Part shown: one piece after another, positions 60,724 to 64,000 of the stretch | Layout: every line of letters starts with the position of its first letter | Numbering within the stretch: position 1 is the first letter of the stretch | DNA from: Candidatus Parcubacteria bacterium | GTDB taxonomy: Bacteria > Patescibacteriota > Patescibacteriia > Patescibacteriales > UBA12075 | Assembly: GCA_963827735.1 (NCBI GenBank) | Contig: CAWHBO010000003.1 | Coordinates: 252,676 to 316,675 of the forward strand | DNA: 64,000 nt | Reading direction: 5' to 3' | Made by a program: the position numbers and the translations under genes | The notes under the pieces: generated by a model | Told to the model about the DNA's origin: nothing | The model's input: only the letters and a program-made list of their open reading frames with translations | The model's database searches: none

Positions 60724-63700
60724 TTATTGCCACGTACAACAAGCAACCGGCAGATTGTTTCCGCAATTGATGAGCCACCCCGCTCCTCCGCCGCTTAAAT
60801 TGAATTTCCAATACGCTCCCAAAAACAACGTGGACGCGCTCTTCCAGCCGCTGCAATCATTGGAATCGGACGTATACCCCGGAGGCCCTTCGGCTATCCA
60901 GGCGCTGGACGTATCATTTCCCCAGCCGCTGATATTTGATTCATTGATTGATGCGATGATATCGTAAGTCCGGCAGAAAAAGCTTTCCGGATACTGCGCT
61001 TTACAGATATCGTTGGCCGCCGCGTAACCGGTAAGCGAGCCGGTCGCGATTGATCCATCGGTCGTAACTGTCGTCGTGCCGATAAACAAGGCGATCTCAT
61101 TGCCTCCGCCGGCGCTGATTCCCAAAGTTGATGTCGGCGTCCAGTAGCCTCTTCCGTCGCCGTCGGACATCCAGATTTCGCCGTTCGTCCCCGTGGCATT
61201 GATGCCGAATTTATAGGCTTCGTCCAAATCCAAATTTTCTCTGGCGCCCGTGGCCGTGGACGCTCCCGTTCCGCCATATGCGATTTCCACGATATTCGCG
61301 CGCCAAGTTCCCTGCGCCACGATCCCAAGAGCCGTAATGGCCGTGGTGGTTGACCAAATCGTATCTGTTCCGTTGGAATATAAAATGTATCCGCTCGTCC
61401 CCAGTCCCAGTCTGCTCCATTTGTTGCTGGCATCCGCCACCAAAATGTCTCCGCGGATAAGAGTGCTGGTCGCCGTCGCGTCCGCATGCGCTACCGACAA
61501 AAGGCTGTGCGCCGCCGCCGGCGACGTGCTGGCCCAAGCCAGATTGCCGGACTGGATAACCAGCACCTCTCCTTCGTTGCCGATCGCGAATTCGTCAATC
61601 ACATTGTCGGAAGAGGCGAACAACAGCGACTGTTCGGCAATGCCCGTAAGCCCCGTTCCCCCGTGCGCCACGTCAATCGTTGTCCCCTCCCAAACGCCGC
61701 TTGTAATCGTTCCCACGGTATCCAATGAACTTAGATCAGTGATGTTCGGCAAACTCGTGGTGGCTGTAAGCCTTAAATCAAATTGCGTGTTAAACCGGGA
61801 ATCAGACCAATATAAATTGCTTGCTCCCTGGCTTAAAGCATCAGTCGTTGTTCCGGAAAGATCGGCTGCGAACAGATAGGTATGGTAATACTTGTTCAAA
61901 GAGCCTTCCGCTAAGGCGTTCGTGGTCGTTCCGGATAAATCAGCCGCAAACAGGCTGGTGTGGTAATATCTGTTTATACTGCCCTCGTCCAAAGCATCAG
62001 TCGTCGTGGCGTACCAGGAAGTCAGCAAAAGAAAATCGCTAGCATTGTACGTGTCAAATGTCCCGGTCCAATCTCCTGTTCGATCCAAGGTCAGAGTATG
62101 TCCGCTTAAGTTTATTCCACTGCCGCCTACAAGATTGCTGCGTTCAATGGAAACGGTATTGGAAGCATAAGCGACGCCATTGTCAAAGTATAAGAATCCG
62201 GTGCTGGCGGAAAAATCCTGTCCCGTGCCTCCCTGATCAACCGCCAATGTCCCGCCGACCGCGGAAAAATCAATGCCCAGAGACGAAGTGGATACCCAGG
62301 CCGGCCGCCCTCCGACCGCTTGGATGATGTAGCCGGCAGTGCCGATCGGTAAAGCGGCCAGATTGTTGGAGCTCGTGGCAAACACGATATCGCCCTGATT
62401 CCAAGTTCCCTGTCCGGTCCCGCCGTAAGTTTCAGAAACAATGCCTGCTTGCCAAGTTCCGGCCGTGATGGTCCCAAGCGCCGTGATGTTCGTCGTGGTT
62501 GACCAGACTGCGTCTGTGCCGTCTGATCTGAGAATATATCCGGTCGGCCCGAGCGCCATCCTAGTCCAGGTCGGCGTCACGCCTTGTCCAATGATCAGAT
62601 CGCCTCTCGCAACCGCTCCTGGCGTAACATCGGAATGATCCGTGGACAGGATGGAATGCGCTCCGCCCGTGGATGTCGCGGACCAAGTCGGAATCCCGCC
62701 TACGATCTTGAGCACCCGCCCTTCCGAACCCGGCAGAATCTGCCCGATCGTATTCGCGGCGCTCGCGTAAACCAAGGAATTTACCGTAAAAGTCGTCGTG
62801 CCGGTGCCGCCCATATCAACGGCCAAAGCATTGGCCAATGATAAGGACTGCGCGGAAACGGAACCGCCGAAAAGCGAATTGCCCGCGACTTCCAAAATTA
62901 TATTGCTCAAAGTTGATGTGCCGGATGCGCCAATCACCACGATGTTGCTGACTGTTGTCGGATGCACGATCAGATTGTTGGTCGTGCTGGCCCACAGCGA
63001 AGCTTCTCCGCCAACTGTCAGATCCGGACCCCAAGTCGGAATCCCGCCCGTCATCTTCAGGACGTATCCGTTCGTTCCCGCCAGCACCTCGCCGATCGTA
63101 TCCGCACTCGGAGCGTACAAGACCGAGTTGGCTTCAAAAGTGGTCGTTCCTGTTCCGCCGTAAATCACGGAAATCGGATCTCCATTCCAAGTGCCGTCAA
63201 GCACCACGCCGCTGCCGTTAACCAAAAACTGGTTACCGGCACTGGCGCCGACGCTGAGTAGCTGGGACGGAGTGGCTGTGCCCAGCCCGAATCGGCCGGA
63301 AGGCGTAATGAAAAGCGAAGAGGTGGCGGATAAAAGCGAACCGTTTGACCGGTAATATGGTATCTGTCCCGCTGTCCCCGCTTCCACATAGGTAAATCCC
63401 GAAGGCGAATCCCATCTCAGGTTGCCGGTCCCGTCCGTAACAAGCGTCTGGCCGTTTGTTCCCGTCCCGCTCGGCAAAGTCAAGACGTAATTTCCCGTTT
63501 GCGTGCTGGTTGATTTCAAAGCGATATAATTGGAGCTGTCAGCGTCGTAAAATCTGAGTTCCTGCGCTTGGCTCAACCCCACCGTGTCAAACCAAGACAA
63601 ACCTTCCACTTCAAATTCCGTTGCCGCCGGACCGGTCAAAACATTGTTTCCGAGGACCCAGGCCATGCCGGCGTCCGATTCATAAATAAAGTCGCCGTAA

Positions 63701-64000
63701 GTGAGGTCGGATCCGGACGCGATCAGTCCGCTGCCGCCGCCGGAGCCGGCGAAATCCACGCCCCAAACAAGCTGTCCGCCCGCGGTTGCCTTCAGCACAT
63801 AGCCGGGGGTGCCGTTCGCCGCCGGAAATGTATAATTCTCAAATTGGATCCGGCCGTCAGGAAGCACGGCAAAGTAGGTCGTCGTGCCGTGTTTAAATTC
63901 CACGATGTTTCCGCTGCCGTTCTGCGTGATGGTCAAAGCCGTTTCCGCGGAAGTCGCCACCGCGCTCAAAATGTTTTCAAAATTCCATTCGCCTGATATT
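60724..64000 (-). CDS. Paralogous tail-fibre-like giant surface protein, 5' partial (continues past the window end)
   Basis: The frame stays open to position 64000; the ORF-track start is only a TTG. It shares GGTG modules and a DALAEG..N.YY...LFA.DLSGTTTDAL segment with the 6008-aa protein. It has a Cys-rich C-terminal domain ending ACCTWQ. Confidence 0.85.
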   Translation of the reverse strand, partial: ISGEWNFENILSAVATSAETALTITQNGSGNIVEFKHGTTTYFAVLPDGRIQFENYTFPAANGTPGYVLKATAGGQLVWGVDFAGSGGGSGLIASGSDLTYGDFIYESDAGMAWVLGNNVLTGPAATEFEVEGLSWFDTVGLSQAQELRFYDADSSNYIALKSTSTQTGNYVLTLPSGTGTNGQTLVTDGTGNLRWDSPSGFTYVEAGTAGQIPYYRSNGSLLSATSSLFITPSGRFGLGTATPSQLLSVGASAGNQFLVNGSGVVLDGTWNGDPISVIYGGTGTTTFEANSVLYAPSADTIGEVLAGTNGYVLKMTGGIPTWGPDLTVGGEASLWASTTNNLIVHPTTVSNIVVIGASGTSTLSNIILEVAGNSLFGGSVSAQSLSLANALAVDMGGTGTTTFTVNSLVYASAANTIGQILPGSEGRVLKIVGGIPTWSATSTGGAHSILSTDHSDVTPGAVARGDLIIGQGVTPTWTRMALGPTGYILRSDGTDAVWSTTTNITALGTITAGTWQAGIVSETYGGTGQGTWNQGDIVFATSSNNLAALPIGTAGYIIQAVGGRPAWVSTSSLGIDFSAVGGTLAVDQGGTGQDFSASTGFLYFDNGVAYASNTVSIERSNLVGGSGINLSGHTLTLDRTGDWTGTFDTYNASDFLLLTSWYATTTDALDEGSINRYYHTSLFAADLSGTTTNALAEGSLNKYYHTYLFAADLSGTTTDALSQGASNLYWSDSRFNTQFDLRLTATTSLPNITDLSSLDTVGTITSGVWEGTTIDVAHGGTGLTGIAEQSLLFASSDNVIDEFAIGNEGEVLVIQSGNLAWASTSPAAAHSLLSVAHADATATSTLIRGDILVADASNKWSRLGLGTSGYILYSNGTDTIWSTTTAITALGIVAQGTWRANIVEIAYGGTGASTATGARENLDLDEAYKFGINATGTNGEIWMSDGDGRGYWTPTSTLGISAGGGNEIALFIGTTTVTTDGSIATGSLTGYAAANDICKAQYPESFFCRTYDIIASINESNISGWGNDTSSAWIAEGPPGYTSDSNDCSGWKSASTLFLGAYWKFNLSGGGAGWLINCGNNLPVACCTWQ

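Noticed and set aside
1-64000. Local diversity-generating retroelement (reverse transcriptase plus template repeat) to go with the lectin-fold C-termini.
   Set aside because: No ORF with reverse-transcriptase motifs and no second copy of either candidate variable region was found in the window. The idea is retained only as a hypothesis about the rest of the genome.
1-64000. tRNA, rRNA, tmRNA and RNase P genes.
   Set aside because: I scanned the spacers for T-arm (GGTTCGAATCC-like), the RNase P GGAAAGTCCGGGC motif and tmRNA tag or acceptor features, and found none. Without covariance-model tools, absence is not proven.

Overview
This 64-kb window looks like a small-genome, Patescibacteria/CPR-like bacterium. 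That placement is inferred from gene content, IVS-type small ORFs and giant surface proteins; no marker search was run. It uses the standard genetic code and has AT-rich spacers.

The window has two parts. Positions 1-22.3 kb hold housekeeping genes: a GH130-GT4-GDE-like glycan cluster, rpsU-yqeY, hisS, lepB, an LCP protein, der, pth, dprA-topA and pheST. Positions 22.4-64 kb are one co-directional minus-strand island of secreted or surface proteins. These are a 1047-aa cadherin-like protein, a 1793-aa LamG-repeat protein, a 559-aa GYAWGENIGW-repeat protein, a DUF1566 protein, a 6008-aa tail-fibre-like giant and a paralogous partial giant. Interspersed in the island are a UvrD-nuclease fusion, a REP-associated tyrosine transposase (RAYT) plus a RAYT remnant, a DUF4143 ATPase and two four-helix-bundle genes.

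I recognised no rRNA, tRNA or CRISPR array.

The most unusual signal lies in the spacers rather than in any single gene.
- Almost every intergenic region is one long hairpin whose arms are tandem about 7-nt units.
- Three of these hairpins carry IVS-type ORFs (one GxxExxY, two four-helix-bundle) and fill the spacer from stop codon to start codon.
- Arm sequences also occur in frame inside der, the LamG gene and the giant gene.

Other repeat families are a 62-bp self-complementary unit (three copies, two of them forming a MITE-like structure), a 104-bp two-hairpin tandem unit on both sides of the helicase gene, and a 28-bp REP palindrome found both beside and inside the RAYT gene.

All family calls are by-eye motif recognition from memory. 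No database search was possible.
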